A stretch of DNA of 56,118 nt from Clostridia bacterium (GCA_017516305.1 JAFXDB010000162.1:1-56118); one strand, 5' to 3'. Positions 38,761-47,933 are shown, counted from the stretch's first letter. Made by a program: numbers and translations. The notes: generated by a model from the letters alone, not told the origin.

Positions 38761-41046
38761 ATGCCCGACGCCAAACGCACCTCCGCCATCCTCCTGCCGC
38801 TGATGACCCTGGGCGTGATGCTGGGCATCCTCCTGGCCCGGGAGGCAGACATGACGCTGCTGCCCCTGGCCCTTGCCGCGCTGCTGTGCAGCCTGGCGTC
38901 GGCGCTGCTGCCCGGGCGCGGGCGGATCGCCGCCCTGACGGTGCTGTGCTGCGCCCTGGGCGTCCTGACCACCCTGTACGCGGGCCATCCCGACCTGCCG
39001 CCGGAGGGGGAATACATCGTCTCCGGCATCGTGACGGAAGCGCCGCTGGCCGATGAAAACGCCGCAAGCCTCCGCACCTGCCTGGATGACGTGACCCTGA
39101 ACGGCAGACCGCTGCAGGGCGACGCGCTGTGGACGTCCTACCTGGACGCAGGCGAAACGCTGCCCGACTGGCTCATCCCCGGCGAGCGGGTCTGCTTCAC
39201 CGCCCGGGTCTACCATTTCACCGGCGAGTGCAACCCCGGCGGCTATGACAGCCGGGAATCCTGGCTGGCCAGCGGCGTCATCCTGGGCATCTACGGCCAC
39301 GACCATCTGCAACGGGATCACGAGCCTGCCGGGCTGCGTGGCCTGGCGCCCCGGCTGCGCCATGTGATCACCACCGGCCTGATGCAGGTCATGGACGATG
39401 AGGCCGGAGCCTTTGCCGCCGCCACCCTTCTGGGCGAGAAGACCTACCTCTGGGAGGAGGATTATGTCGCCTTCCGTCGGCTGGGGCTGCTGCATATCAT
39501 GAGCGTATCCGGCTACCATGTGGGGATCCTGGCGGTGGTGCTGCTGAAGCTGCTGCGCCGTCTGGAGCTGCCCCGCGGGCTGTCCGCGGCCCTGCTGGGG
39601 CTCCTTCTGACCCTGTACGCGCTGCTGGCAGGCACGGCCACGCCGGTCATCCGGGCCGGACTCCTGCTGATGCTGCACGAGGCAGGGCACCTCCGCCACC
39701 GGCAGACGGTCTCGGCGCACCTCCTCTGCCTCACCGCCATGCTGCAGCTGCTCGCTAATCCCTATCAGCTCTTCAGCGCCTCCTTTCAGCTGACCTACGG
39801 CGCGATGCTGGGGCTGCTGCTGGTGTATCCTCGTCTGGCAAAGGCGTATTACAGCCTGAAGCCCTGGAAAAACACATTCTGGCGCGGCTTCTCCGCCTCC
39901 CTGGCGGTGCAGCTGGGGCTGCTTCCGGCCCAGATGCACTTTTTCGGCTGCGTAACGCCCTCCTCGCTCCTGACCAATCTGTTCATCATCCCGGTCATGA
40001 CGCTCCTGATGGGTTCCTACTGGGTGATGCTGCTCCTGCTGCCCGTCCCGGCGGTGCGGGAGGCTCTGGGTTTCGTCCTTGGCCGCACCACGGAGGGGCT
40101 GCTGAGCATCATCCGCCTGCTGTCGGAGGCGCTGGGCGGGTACCTGCGCACCCCGGCAGGCAATGCGCTGACCCTGGCGGGGTGGGTACTGCTGATGGCA
40201 GGGCTGAGCGTGCTGCTGCGCCCGGAGCGTCGGCGTCTGCGCTGTCTCCTGTCCACCGTCGGCGCGGCGCTGATGGTACTGAGCCTTCTCCGGCTGCCCC
40301 ACACGTCCACCTGCTACATCCAGTTCAGCGACGGCGAGGCCGACGGAGCCATCCTGCGCGACCGGGGCGCCGTCATCCTCATCGACACGGGAGAATATGC
40401 CCACACCGTCGCCGGTTATCTCCGTCAGGAGGCCCTGTCGGTGGACATGCTGATCCTGACGCATCTGCACATTGACCATGCCGGAGGCATCCGGGGGCTG
40501 CTGGATGCCGGGATTCCCGTGGAGGTCTGCGCCCTGCCGGAGGGGGCTTATTCCGCCGCAGACGCAGACCCGGAGGCCATCGTCCTGCTGGAGGAGCTGT
40601 CCTCGACGGGCACGCGCTTCATCACCCTTTCCCGAGGCGACGTGATCCATACCCCCACGGGACAGCTGACGGTGCTGTGGCCCCAGGCGGGCACGGTTCG
40701 TCCCGGCGAGGACGCCAACGGGCATTCCCTGGCGCTGCGGGCCGATATCCAGGGCACCACCCTGCTGCTGACCGCCGACGTCACCAGCGCGTATGAGATG
40801 TATGCCGCCATCCCGGCGGATGTGCTCAAGGCCGCCCATCACGGCAGCACGGAGAGCACCTCTCCGGAGTTTCTGGACGCCGTCAGTCCGCAGGTCATCC
40901 TTCTCTCCTGCGGCGAGGAAAGCCGGGAGAAAAGCCTTGCCACCCGCGCCGGAGACATTCCCGTTTACAGCACCCACAGCAGCGGCGCCATCACCCTGCG
41001 CTTCACGCAGGACGCCTTCATCGTGGAAACCTACCTGCCGAGGTAA
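38761..41046 (+). CDS. comEC: DNA internalization competence protein ComEC/Rec2 with C-terminal metallo-beta-lactamase domain
   Basis: AGGAGGA 38749-38755 then ATG 38761. Polytopic membrane core with HIMSVSGYHVGIL. MBL motif LTHLHIDHAGG. Confidence 0.9.
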   Translation: MPDAKRTSAILLPLMTLGVMLGILLAREADMTLLPLALAALLCSLASALLPGRGRIAALTVLCCALGVLTTLYAGHPDLPPEGEYIVSGIVTEAPLADENAASLRTCLDDVTLNGRPLQGDALWTSYLDAGETLPDWLIPGERVCFTARVYHFTGECNPGGYDSRESWLASGVILGIYGHDHLQRDHEPAGLRGLAPRLRHVITTGLMQVMDDEAGAFAAATLLGEKTYLWEEDYVAFRRLGLLHIMSVSGYHVGILAVVLLKLLRRLELPRGLSAALLGLLLTLYALLAGTATPVIRAGLLLMLHEAGHLRHRQTVSAHLLCLTAMLQLLANPYQLFSASFQLTYGAMLGLLLVYPRLAKAYYSLKPWKNTFWRGFSASLAVQLGLLPAQMHFFGCVTPSSLLTNLFIIPVMTLLMGSYWVMLLLLPVPAVREALGFVLGRTTEGLLSIIRLLSEALGGYLRTPAGNALTLAGWVLLMAGLSVLLRPERRRLRCLLSTVGAALMVLSLLRLPHTSTCYIQFSDGEADGAILRDRGAVILIDTGEYAHTVAGYLRQEALSVDMLILTHLHIDHAGGIRGLLDAGIPVEVCALPEGAYSAADADPEAIVLLEELSSTGTRFITLSRGDVIHTPTGQLTVLWPQAGTVRPGEDANGHSLALRADIQGTTLLLTADVTSAYEMYAAIPADVLKAAHHGSTESTSPEFLDAVSPQVILLSCGEESREKSLATRAGDIPVYSTHSSGAITLRFTQDAFIVETYLPR

Positions 41047-41051
41047 CACAA

Positions 41052-42836
41052 ATGGATTACGAAATGGACTACCTGGACGAGCTGCTCTTTGAGCAGCCCG
41101 ACGACAGCGGGGAGGAGCTGCTCCCGGCCTACCTGCGGGATGTACCCTCCGGCGTCCGCCGCAGCTACGGCACCCTGAGCTACAACCGCCGCAGCAAATG
41201 CTGGACGGTGAAGGGCGACCCGTCGGTGACGGAGATGTGCAAGCGTCTCTTCCCCGGCAGCGCGGGCAGCAGGCGGGGCGAGGCACGCTTTACCGCCCAC
41301 CGGCGCGTGGTGGGGGATCTGCTGTGGCTGATGCTGCGCTTCCCGCTGGAAATCGCCCCCCGTGACCGCGCCCTGTGGGACAAGGCTGTGCAGGACTGCC
41401 GCGACCACGCCGTCCGCAGGGAGCTGGCTGCGCGCCTGCCCCAGCGCATGACGCCGCCGGAGGGCACCTTCGAGGGCGAGCTGCGCCCCTTCCAGCAGGA
41501 GGGTCTTGCCTTCCTCCTGCAGCACGAGCGCTGCCTGCTGGCGGATGAAATGGGCCTGGGCAAAACAGTGCAGGCGCTGGCCTGGCTGGCCTCGACGGGC
41601 TCCTTCCCCGCCATCGTCATCCCCCCGGCCCACCTGACCCGCAACTGGACGGAGGAGGCCGCGCGCTTCCTGCGCCTGGACGGAAAAACGCCCCGCATCC
41701 ATGTGATCAAGGGCCTCAAGCCCTACGACCTGCCCGAGGCGGATATCTACATCATGCATTACCTCCTGCTGCGCGGCTGGAAGGAAGTGCTGCCGCAGCT
41801 GGGCTTCCAGGCTGTTGTATTCGACGAAGTGCAGGAGCTGCGCCATTCGGGCACAGAGAAGTATTCCGCCGCCTCCCTCCTGGCAGAAAGCTGCGAGAGG
41901 GTCGTGGGCCTCTCCGGCACACCGATTTATAACACCGGGGGCGAGATCTGGAACGTCATCAACATCCTGGACTTCCATTTCCTCGGCGACTGGGAGAGCT
42001 TCTCCCGCGAGTGGTGCTACGGCTACGGCAACGGCGTGGTGGTCAAGCCCGCGCTTCTGGGCGATTATCTGCGCCGGGAAGGCCTGATGCTGCGCCGCAC
42101 CAAGCAGGAGGTATTGAAAGAGCTGCCGCCCAAGCGCCGCGCCGTGCAGGAGCTGGACTGGAACGACAAGCTCTACGCCCAGCTGATGGCGCCCATCCTG
42201 CCGGAGGTGGTCCGCTGGAAAACCGACGGCACGCTGACCGCCTCCGCCCGCGCGATGCTGGAGGAATCCATCTCCCAGCACGTCCGCCAGGCCACCGGCA
42301 TTGCGAAGGCCCCCTATGTGTGCCAGTTCGTGCGCGCGCTGCTGGATTCGGGTGAGAAGGTGCTGCTCTTTGCCCACCACCACGCGGTGATGGACGTGTA
42401 CCGGCAGGAGCTGAAGCACTACCGCCCCGGCTTCATCACCGGCCGGGAGACCATTTCCGCCAAGTCGGAGGCAGTGGAGCGCTTCATGGCCGGCAAAACG
42501 GACGTGCTGTGCATCTCCCTGCGCGCCGCCAGCGGCCTCAACCTGCAGCGGGCCACCTGCGTCATCTTCGGCGAGCTGGACTGGTCGCCCGCCGTTCACA
42601 GCCAGGCCGAGGACCGCGCCCACCGCATGGGCCAGGAAGATTCCCTCCTGTGTTACTACCTGGTATCCCCCCAGGGCAGCGACGCGGCCATGCAGGAGGC
42701 CCTGGGCCTGAAGGTCAGCCAGTTCGTGGGGCTGATGGGCGACACGCCCGTTTCCCAGGCCGAGACCGCCGAGGCCGCACACCAGGCCCGCAAGCATGTG
42801 GAGATGATCGCGGCACAAATAGAAGCGATGGGGTAA
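41052..42836 (+). CDS. SNF2-family (SF2) helicase/translocase
   Basis: LRPFQQEGLAFLL, LADEMGLGKTVQALA, VVFDEVQELRH, LSGTPIYN, C-terminal helicase motifs (GLNLQ..., DWSPAVHSQAEDRAHRMGQ). Confidence 0.85.
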   Translation: MDYEMDYLDELLFEQPDDSGEELLPAYLRDVPSGVRRSYGTLSYNRRSKCWTVKGDPSVTEMCKRLFPGSAGSRRGEARFTAHRRVVGDLLWLMLRFPLEIAPRDRALWDKAVQDCRDHAVRRELAARLPQRMTPPEGTFEGELRPFQQEGLAFLLQHERCLLADEMGLGKTVQALAWLASTGSFPAIVIPPAHLTRNWTEEAARFLRLDGKTPRIHVIKGLKPYDLPEADIYIMHYLLLRGWKEVLPQLGFQAVVFDEVQELRHSGTEKYSAASLLAESCERVVGLSGTPIYNTGGEIWNVINILDFHFLGDWESFSREWCYGYGNGVVVKPALLGDYLRREGLMLRRTKQEVLKELPPKRRAVQELDWNDKLYAQLMAPILPEVVRWKTDGTLTASARAMLEESISQHVRQATGIAKAPYVCQFVRALLDSGEKVLLFAHHHAVMDVYRQELKHYRPGFITGRETISAKSEAVERFMAGKTDVLCISLRAASGLNLQRATCVIFGELDWSPAVHSQAEDRAHRMGQEDSLLCYYLVSPQGSDAAMQEALGLKVSQFVGLMGDTPVSQAETAEAAHQARKHVEMIAAQIEAMG

Positions 42837-42885
42837 TTTGCAGGTTAGCTTTGCCGGAGCTTCCACCTCATCCGCCCTTCGGGCA

Positions 42886-43196
42886 CCTTCCCCTCAAGGG
42901 GAAGGCTTATCTACTGAGCCACACAGCCAAAGGCTTCCCCTTGAGGGGAAGCTCAGAGTATCGACAAAGTGCTTTGGGCACTTTGTCGAGGATTTGCACT
43001 CAGTCACTGGTCGCTTCACTCCCGGCCGGTCCTTCGCGTAAGGAAGCTTTTCCTGCGGAAAAGCACGAAAATCGCCGCGCATGTCGCCGATTTTCGATGT
43101 AGAGTCGAAGGGCTTGCGAGCCCTCCGACGCCTCCCAAGGGGTTGTTGATGGACTGGGCTTCCCCTTGAGGGGAAGCTGTCAGCGCTTGCGCTGAC
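42886..43196 (+). repeat. mosaic hairpin repeat, family 3 (eight consecutive hairpins)
   Basis: CCTTCCCCTCAAGGGGAAGG 42886-42905. GCTTCCCCTTGAGGGGAAGC 42933-42952 and again 43158-43177. TCGACAAAGTGC..GCACTTTGTCGA 42961-42989. GCTTTTCC-tgc-GGAAAAGC. GAAAATCG..CGATTTTC. GTCGAAGGGCT..AGCCCTCCGAC. GTCAGCG-cttg-CGCTGAC 43179-43196. Confidence 0.8.
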
Positions 43197-43246
43197 TGAT
43201 GAGGTGGAAAACCGCACATTCCGCCAACCATGGAGGAAATTCAACC

Positions 43247-43867
43247 ATGAAACTCGACCCACCCATCATCCCTGCCGACCTCACCGAGCACTTCGAACTC
43301 CCCGACGAGGACGAGTTCGAGGGCTGCCTTTTCGACGGGCTCATCATCCCCTTCGAGAAGCTGTACAGCCGGGAATTCCGTGGCTGCGTCTTCCGCAAAT
43401 GCACGCTGACGGACGCCGACCTGACCCGCGCCGCCTTCATCGACGTGGTCTTCGACCACTGCGACCTGAGCCGCGCCTGCCTGGATTCGGCCCTGATGCA
43501 GCGGGTTCGCTTCGATACCTGCCGCCTTTCCGCCACCGACGCGGTGAAGGCTGTCCTGCGCAGCGTGACCCTGACCGGCTGCAAGGCGGATTACATCAAC
43601 CTGTCCGAATGCAAAACCGACCGCGTCCTCCTTGACGACTGCATCCTGACAGAGGCCGCCATCGAAAACGCAGCCCTGAAAAACGCGGAGCTGAACGGCT
43701 GCGACCTGACCCGCGTCAACCTCTTCGGCACCGGTCTCAAAGGGCTTGATCTGCGCACCTGCGACATCGCCGGCATCACCGTCAGCCTGGCCGACCTGCG
43801 CGGCCTGATCGTCAGCCCCCTGCAGGCCATGGAGCTGGCAAAGCTGCTGGGACTGGTGGTCATATGA
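43247..43867 (+). CDS. pentapeptide-repeat protein, Qnr/MfpA-like size and layout
   Basis: GGAGGA 43232-43237 then ATG 43247. 206 aa of A(D/N)LXX repeats (CTLTDADLTRAAFIDVVFDHCDLSRACLDSALM...) with a C-terminal helix LQAMELAKLLGLVVI. Confidence 0.8.
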   Translation: MKLDPPIIPADLTEHFELPDEDEFEGCLFDGLIIPFEKLYSREFRGCVFRKCTLTDADLTRAAFIDVVFDHCDLSRACLDSALMQRVRFDTCRLSATDAVKAVLRSVTLTGCKADYINLSECKTDRVLLDDCILTEAAIENAALKNAELNGCDLTRVNLFGTGLKGLDLRTCDIAGITVSLADLRGLIVSPLQAMELAKLLGLVVI

Positions 43868-43882
43868 CAAAGGAGGGATCGT

Positions 43883-44755
43883 ATGGACCTGTCTGATTTT
43901 TTTAAGCGAAAAGCGCCTGCAATCAACGCGCCCGCACCTGCCGATGCCTCCCCTGCACCGGAACGGCCTGCACCCGTGCCCCCGGCGACCATGCCGCCAG
44001 AAATAACCTGCCGCTTCTGTGGGCGGCACTTTGCCGAAATTCCTCTGCTCCCTTTCTGCCCGATCTGCCATCACATATTAGGAGATCCCGTACCTGCCGA
44101 TGCCTCCCCTGCACCGGAACCGCCTGCACCCGTGCCCCCGGCGACCATGCCGCCAGAAACGACCTGCCGCTTCTGTGGGTGGCGCTTTACCGAAATTCCC
44201 AAGTCCCGGCACTGCCCGATCTGCTGCAGCGTGTCAGGAGAGCCCGGACGCGACCAGCCGCTGATTCCTACCGAAATGAGGAGGAGCAACGGTCAGGGAT
44301 ATGCTCTCATTGACCTGAATGCGCTTCCCAGCGACGACACACTGATTGTCGTCGCATCAACCCACCGCAATTTCGGATACAGCTTTGCAGCCGCTCACCA
44401 GTTACGCAGGGTGGGGCATGCCACCTATGAATCCTCCGCCTTCGGCTGGATGGAGCGCCGAAAAACGGGCGATGTATTCTGCATCGACCGCAGCATCCAG
44501 TTGTCCGGCGACGCGTTGCAGACGGCAGCGAAGAACTTCAATCTGCTGCCATATCTGTACAAGTCAGAGAACCTCGCCTTCCTCATGGAGGAAGCCGGCG
44601 TCTCGGATTTCTGCATAGAGATTGCTGCCATCACCGGCATTCGGGCCGAGGTTCTTTACCGGTGCTGCAGCAGCTCCATTTACGATATTCTCATCTCAGA
44701 CATCGCCAAGAATTATTCCCCGCCCCGGCTCATTTCCCTGACGTTGGACGAATGA
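43883..44755 (+). CDS. hypothetical protein with duplicated Pro-rich / zinc-ribbon unit and unknown C-terminal domain
   Basis: Two 52-aa units, each PADASPAPE.PAPVPPATMPPE.TCRFCG..F.EIP....CPIC. The C-terminal ~170 aa has visibly lower GC and no recognisable family. Confidence 0.6.
   Translation: MDLSDFFKRKAPAINAPAPADASPAPERPAPVPPATMPPEITCRFCGRHFAEIPLLPFCPICHHILGDPVPADASPAPEPPAPVPPATMPPETTCRFCGWRFTEIPKSRHCPICCSVSGEPGRDQPLIPTEMRRSNGQGYALIDLNALPSDDTLIVVASTHRNFGYSFAAAHQLRRVGHATYESSAFGWMERRKTGDVFCIDRSIQLSGDALQTAAKNFNLLPYLYKSENLAFLMEEAGVSDFCIEIAAITGIRAEVLYRCCSSSIYDILISDIAKNYSPPRLISLTLDE
43937..44248 (+). repeat. 156-nt tandem duplication inside the CDS
   Basis: 43937-44043 versus 44093-44199 differ at 6 of 107 positions. 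The remaining 49 nt of each unit are more diverged but keep CTGCCCGATCTGC. Confidence 0.9.
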
Positions 44756-44856
44756 AGAGGTGCAACGTCATGGCGCGGATTGCCCATGCCGAGGGAAACG
44801 CCCAACGGGCTGGATGACCATGCCCATGAAATCGCCATACTGAAGGAGCATCCTGC

Positions 44857-45906
44857 ATGATTGAGGTATCTGCCGGCGTTATATACGATGAGGAGGGCCG
44901 CGTCCTGCTGTGCCAGCGGGGCGAGGGCCGCGCCAATGCCCACCTGTGGGAATTCCCCGGCGGCAAGCGGGAGGACGGCGAGTCCGCCGCCGACTGCCTT
45001 GTGCGCGAGCTGCAGGAGGAGCTGTCCCTGCCCGTTACGGACGTGGAAGCGCGCCTGGTTTCGGAATGGAACGGCATCACCTTCACCTTCCTGAGCGCAA
45101 AAACGGCGGCCCAGCCCGTCCTCACCGAGCATGAGGCCGCCTGCTTCGTCCATCCCGGCGAGCTGCTGCGCTACGACCTTTGCCCGGCGGACGTCCATGC
45201 CGCCCGCTTCATCGCCCTGTCCCATGTGAAGCACATCTTCTGGGACTTCGACGGTACGCTCATGGACAGCTACCCGGCAATGGTTCGCGCCTTCGTGGCA
45301 GCAGCGGCAGACTTTGGCATCGCCGTCACCCCGGAGCGCACGCTGAACCTGATGAAGAACTGCCTGACCCACTGTTGCCGGGTCATCGGTGAAGAAAATA
45401 ACCTGGACGCGGGCGAGCTGGTTCGCACCTTCCGCCGCCATGAGCAGGAGGAGCTGCGGCGCGGCCTGCCACTGCTGCCCGGAATGGAAAACGCGCTGCG
45501 CACCCTGCACCGCCTGGGCGTGAAGCACTACGTCGCCACCCACCGCGACCTCGTCTGCCGGGATCTGCTGGAGCAGGCGGGGGTGCTGTCCCTGTTTGAC
45601 GGCTTCGTCACCGAGGAGGCGCGCCTCCCCCGCAAGCCCGCCCCGGATATACTCCTGCACCTGATGGCAGAGCATGGCCTTGACCCGGCAGAGTGCCTCA
45701 TGGTGGGCGACCGTCCGCTGGACACCGAGTCCGGACGGAACGCGGGGACGCTCTCCGCGCTCCTGGACCCCGAGAATCGCTTCCCGGACGCCGTGTGCGA
45801 TGTGCATGTGGCAAGCGCGGACAAGCTGCTTCTTCACATGATGCAATGGACGAAAACCAAAAAGTATGCTATGATGGTAGACAGCCTTTCCGGCAGCAAC
45901 CTGTGA
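44857..45906 (+). CDS. NUDIX (MutT-like) - HAD phosphatase fusion protein
   Basis: GAAGGAG SD. Nudix box GGKREDGESAADCLVRELQEELSL. HAD motif I FWDFDGTLMDS and motif IV VGDRPLDTESGRNAG. Confidence 0.8.
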   Translation: MIEVSAGVIYDEEGRVLLCQRGEGRANAHLWEFPGGKREDGESAADCLVRELQEELSLPVTDVEARLVSEWNGITFTFLSAKTAAQPVLTEHEAACFVHPGELLRYDLCPADVHAARFIALSHVKHIFWDFDGTLMDSYPAMVRAFVAAAADFGIAVTPERTLNLMKNCLTHCCRVIGEENNLDAGELVRTFRRHEQEELRRGLPLLPGMENALRTLHRLGVKHYVATHRDLVCRDLLEQAGVLSLFDGFVTEEARLPRKPAPDILLHLMAEHGLDPAECLMVGDRPLDTESGRNAGTLSALLDPENRFPDAVCDVHVASADKLLLHMMQWTKTKKYAMMVDSLSGSNL

Positions 45907-45950
45907 GCATATCTGAAACGCAATGCGAAATACTGTTATCGGAGGATACT

Positions 45951-47933
45951 ATGCGTAGACTGATGAGCCTGCTGATGAGCATGCTGATGCTTGTCACCTC
46001 CCTGCCCGCCCTGGCGGAAGCGACGGAGGCAGCCCCGGCGCTGTCCCTTGACCCGGTGACGGAGGTCATCCGCCCCGGCAAGGCGGTTCTGCTGGGCTTC
46101 ACCGTCCCGGCGGACGGCGTGTGCGACTTGATCCTGCGCAGCGACGCAGGCGAGACCGTGCTGCCCGTGGTGATGGAGCTTCCCGTCACCGCCGGCAGGA
46201 ACCACCTGTGGTGGAACGGCACCTACGGCGGCGTCTTCGCCCCGGAGGGAACGCTGTCCATGGTGCTGACGATGGACGGCCTGGAGGCTTCGCAGCCCGT
46301 CACCGTGGGCAGCGCTGCCCCCTATATCACCTCCATCACCGCCATGAAGGACGTCGAAACCTGCATCATGCGCGTGGATTTCTACGCCAGCGTGGATGGG
46401 CTGCTGACCGTGGGCCTGTGGTCGGGCGAGACCTGGTCGATCCTGCAGAGCCGCCAGGTCGCCGCCGGGATGAACGGCGTCACCTGGGACGCCTCTGACA
46501 TCCCCATGACCGCCACGGCCCTGACCCTCACCCTGACGGACGCCACCGGCTACTCCTCCAACGAGGAGCATATTGCCGTGTCGCCTGCGGATTTCGGCAT
46601 GAACACCCCCACGCCCGAACCCACGGCGGAGCCTACGGCCATCCCCACTGCCACCCCGACGTTGGAGCCCACCGCCACCCCCACGGCGGAGCCCACGGCC
46701 ACTCCCACCGCTACTCCCACGCCGGAACCCACGGCCACGCCCACCCCGGAACCCACCGCCACCCCCGTTCCCACCCCCAACATCACCTTCACCCCCTCCT
46801 ACGGCAGCCCTTATGAAGTGATCCAGGGCGAGGCGCCCAACTACTGGAACACCCCCATGGACATCACCGATGAGGAAGCCATCTGGGCCATGCTGTCCGC
46901 CCCCATCACGGTCATCGACAGCAGCTTCAAGGGGCAGACCAGTGTCTACAGCGCGCCCGACAAGGAAAGCCGCGTGGTGGCCGTCGTGACCGGCAAAAGC
47001 CAGGGTGTGCGCGTCATTGAGCACCTGGACAACGGCTGGACGCTCATTGAGCTGTACTCCTCCACCTTCCACGACAACTGCGTGGACGCCTGGAACATGC
47101 TGGTGCAGGGCTATGTACGCACCGACACGCTGGTGACAAAGGAGATGAACGCGAAATACCACATCGTCGTGGACAAGCTGACCCAGCGCCTGTACCTCTT
47201 CAGCGCGGACGGCCTGGTGTCCACCCTGCTCATCTCCACCGGCCTTGCCAACGAAGATCAGCCCTACAACGAGACCCGCTCCGGCGAATTCCTCTACATC
47301 AGCCCCACCGGCGGCTTCAAGAGCGACAACATGTACTGTCCCCTGGCCATGAAGTTCAACGACGGCGACCTCCTGCATGAGGTGCCCTACATCCAGCGCT
47401 CCGAGGGCGGAACGAAGATTTACACCGCCACCGAGCCCTACCTGGGCTCCCGTGCCAGCCACGGCTGCATCCGCGTCCAGCGCAAGAAGACCCCCGAGGG
47501 CATCAACATGCAGTGGATCTGGAACAACCGCAGCGACATCGGCCGCATCGTGATCTGGGAGGACTGGCAGGGCCGCCAGATCTCTTATCCCGAGGATAAC
47601 CTGCTGCTGTACTACAACCCCAAGGGCGGCAGCTACTACCACCGGGGCGAAAAGTGTGCCAGCGCCAAATCGACCGTCAAATTTGAAAGCTTCTCCTACG
47701 CCGAGCTGGACACGGGCGCTTACGCCGAGCTGGAGTACTGCCCGTACTGCGCGCCGGCGCTGCGCCGGGCGGAGATCGACGCCATCAACGCCGCCCACGC
47801 CTTTGGCGGCGACCATGACCCCGTGCTGACCGAGGCCCGCATGAAGTACCTGCTCACCATCCCCTACGAGGAGCTGACCCCCGGCGAAAAGCGCTACTGG
47901 GTCGATGAGCTGCAGGCGGATGCGGCAGAGTGA
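45951..47933 (+). CDS. L,D-transpeptidase (YkuD) family protein with signal peptide and Thr/Pro-rich linker
   Basis: GGAGGA then ATG 45951. Signal peptide MRRLMSLLMSMLMLVTSLPALA. TPTPEPTA linker (~46610-46790). Catalytic SRASHGCIRV. Confidence 0.8.
   Translation: MRRLMSLLMSMLMLVTSLPALAEATEAAPALSLDPVTEVIRPGKAVLLGFTVPADGVCDLILRSDAGETVLPVVMELPVTAGRNHLWWNGTYGGVFAPEGTLSMVLTMDGLEASQPVTVGSAAPYITSITAMKDVETCIMRVDFYASVDGLLTVGLWSGETWSILQSRQVAAGMNGVTWDASDIPMTATALTLTLTDATGYSSNEEHIAVSPADFGMNTPTPEPTAEPTAIPTATPTLEPTATPTAEPTATPTATPTPEPTATPTPEPTATPVPTPNITFTPSYGSPYEVIQGEAPNYWNTPMDITDEEAIWAMLSAPITVIDSSFKGQTSVYSAPDKESRVVAVVTGKSQGVRVIEHLDNGWTLIELYSSTFHDNCVDAWNMLVQGYVRTDTLVTKEMNAKYHIVVDKLTQRLYLFSADGLVSTLLISTGLANEDQPYNETRSGEFLYISPTGGFKSDNMYCPLAMKFNDGDLLHEVPYIQRSEGGTKIYTATEPYLGSRASHGCIRVQRKKTPEGINMQWIWNNRSDIGRIVIWEDWQGRQISYPEDNLLLYYNPKGGSYYHRGEKCASAKSTVKFESFSYAELDTGAYAELEYCPYCAPALRRAEIDAINAAHAFGGDHDPVLTEARMKYLLTIPYEELTPGEKRYWVDELQADAAE

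Noticed and set aside
35439-39077. Upper ~1200 codons of the 1434-codon minus-strand ORF 34773-39077, and plus-strand ORF 34701-35576 preceding the PBP start
   Set aside because: Both are antisense or upstream extensions. Only the last 221 codons of the minus ORF (yunB, with its own SD) are credible. On the plus strand, only the part from ATG 35577 (PBP1A, with SD and promoter) is credible.
38704-42866. Minus-strand ORFs 38704-41286 (860 aa) and 41031-42866 (611 aa)
   Set aside because: Antisense shadows of comEC and the SNF2 helicase, with Gly/Arg/Gln/His-rich products and no motifs.
46610-46790. Thr/Pro-rich nucleotide repeats in the L,D-transpeptidase gene (also 19140-19270 and 19560-19640 in the SpoIID-like gene)
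   Set aside because: In-frame low-complexity linker coding (TPTPEPTA...), common in secreted cell-wall enzymes. It is not a separate genetic element.
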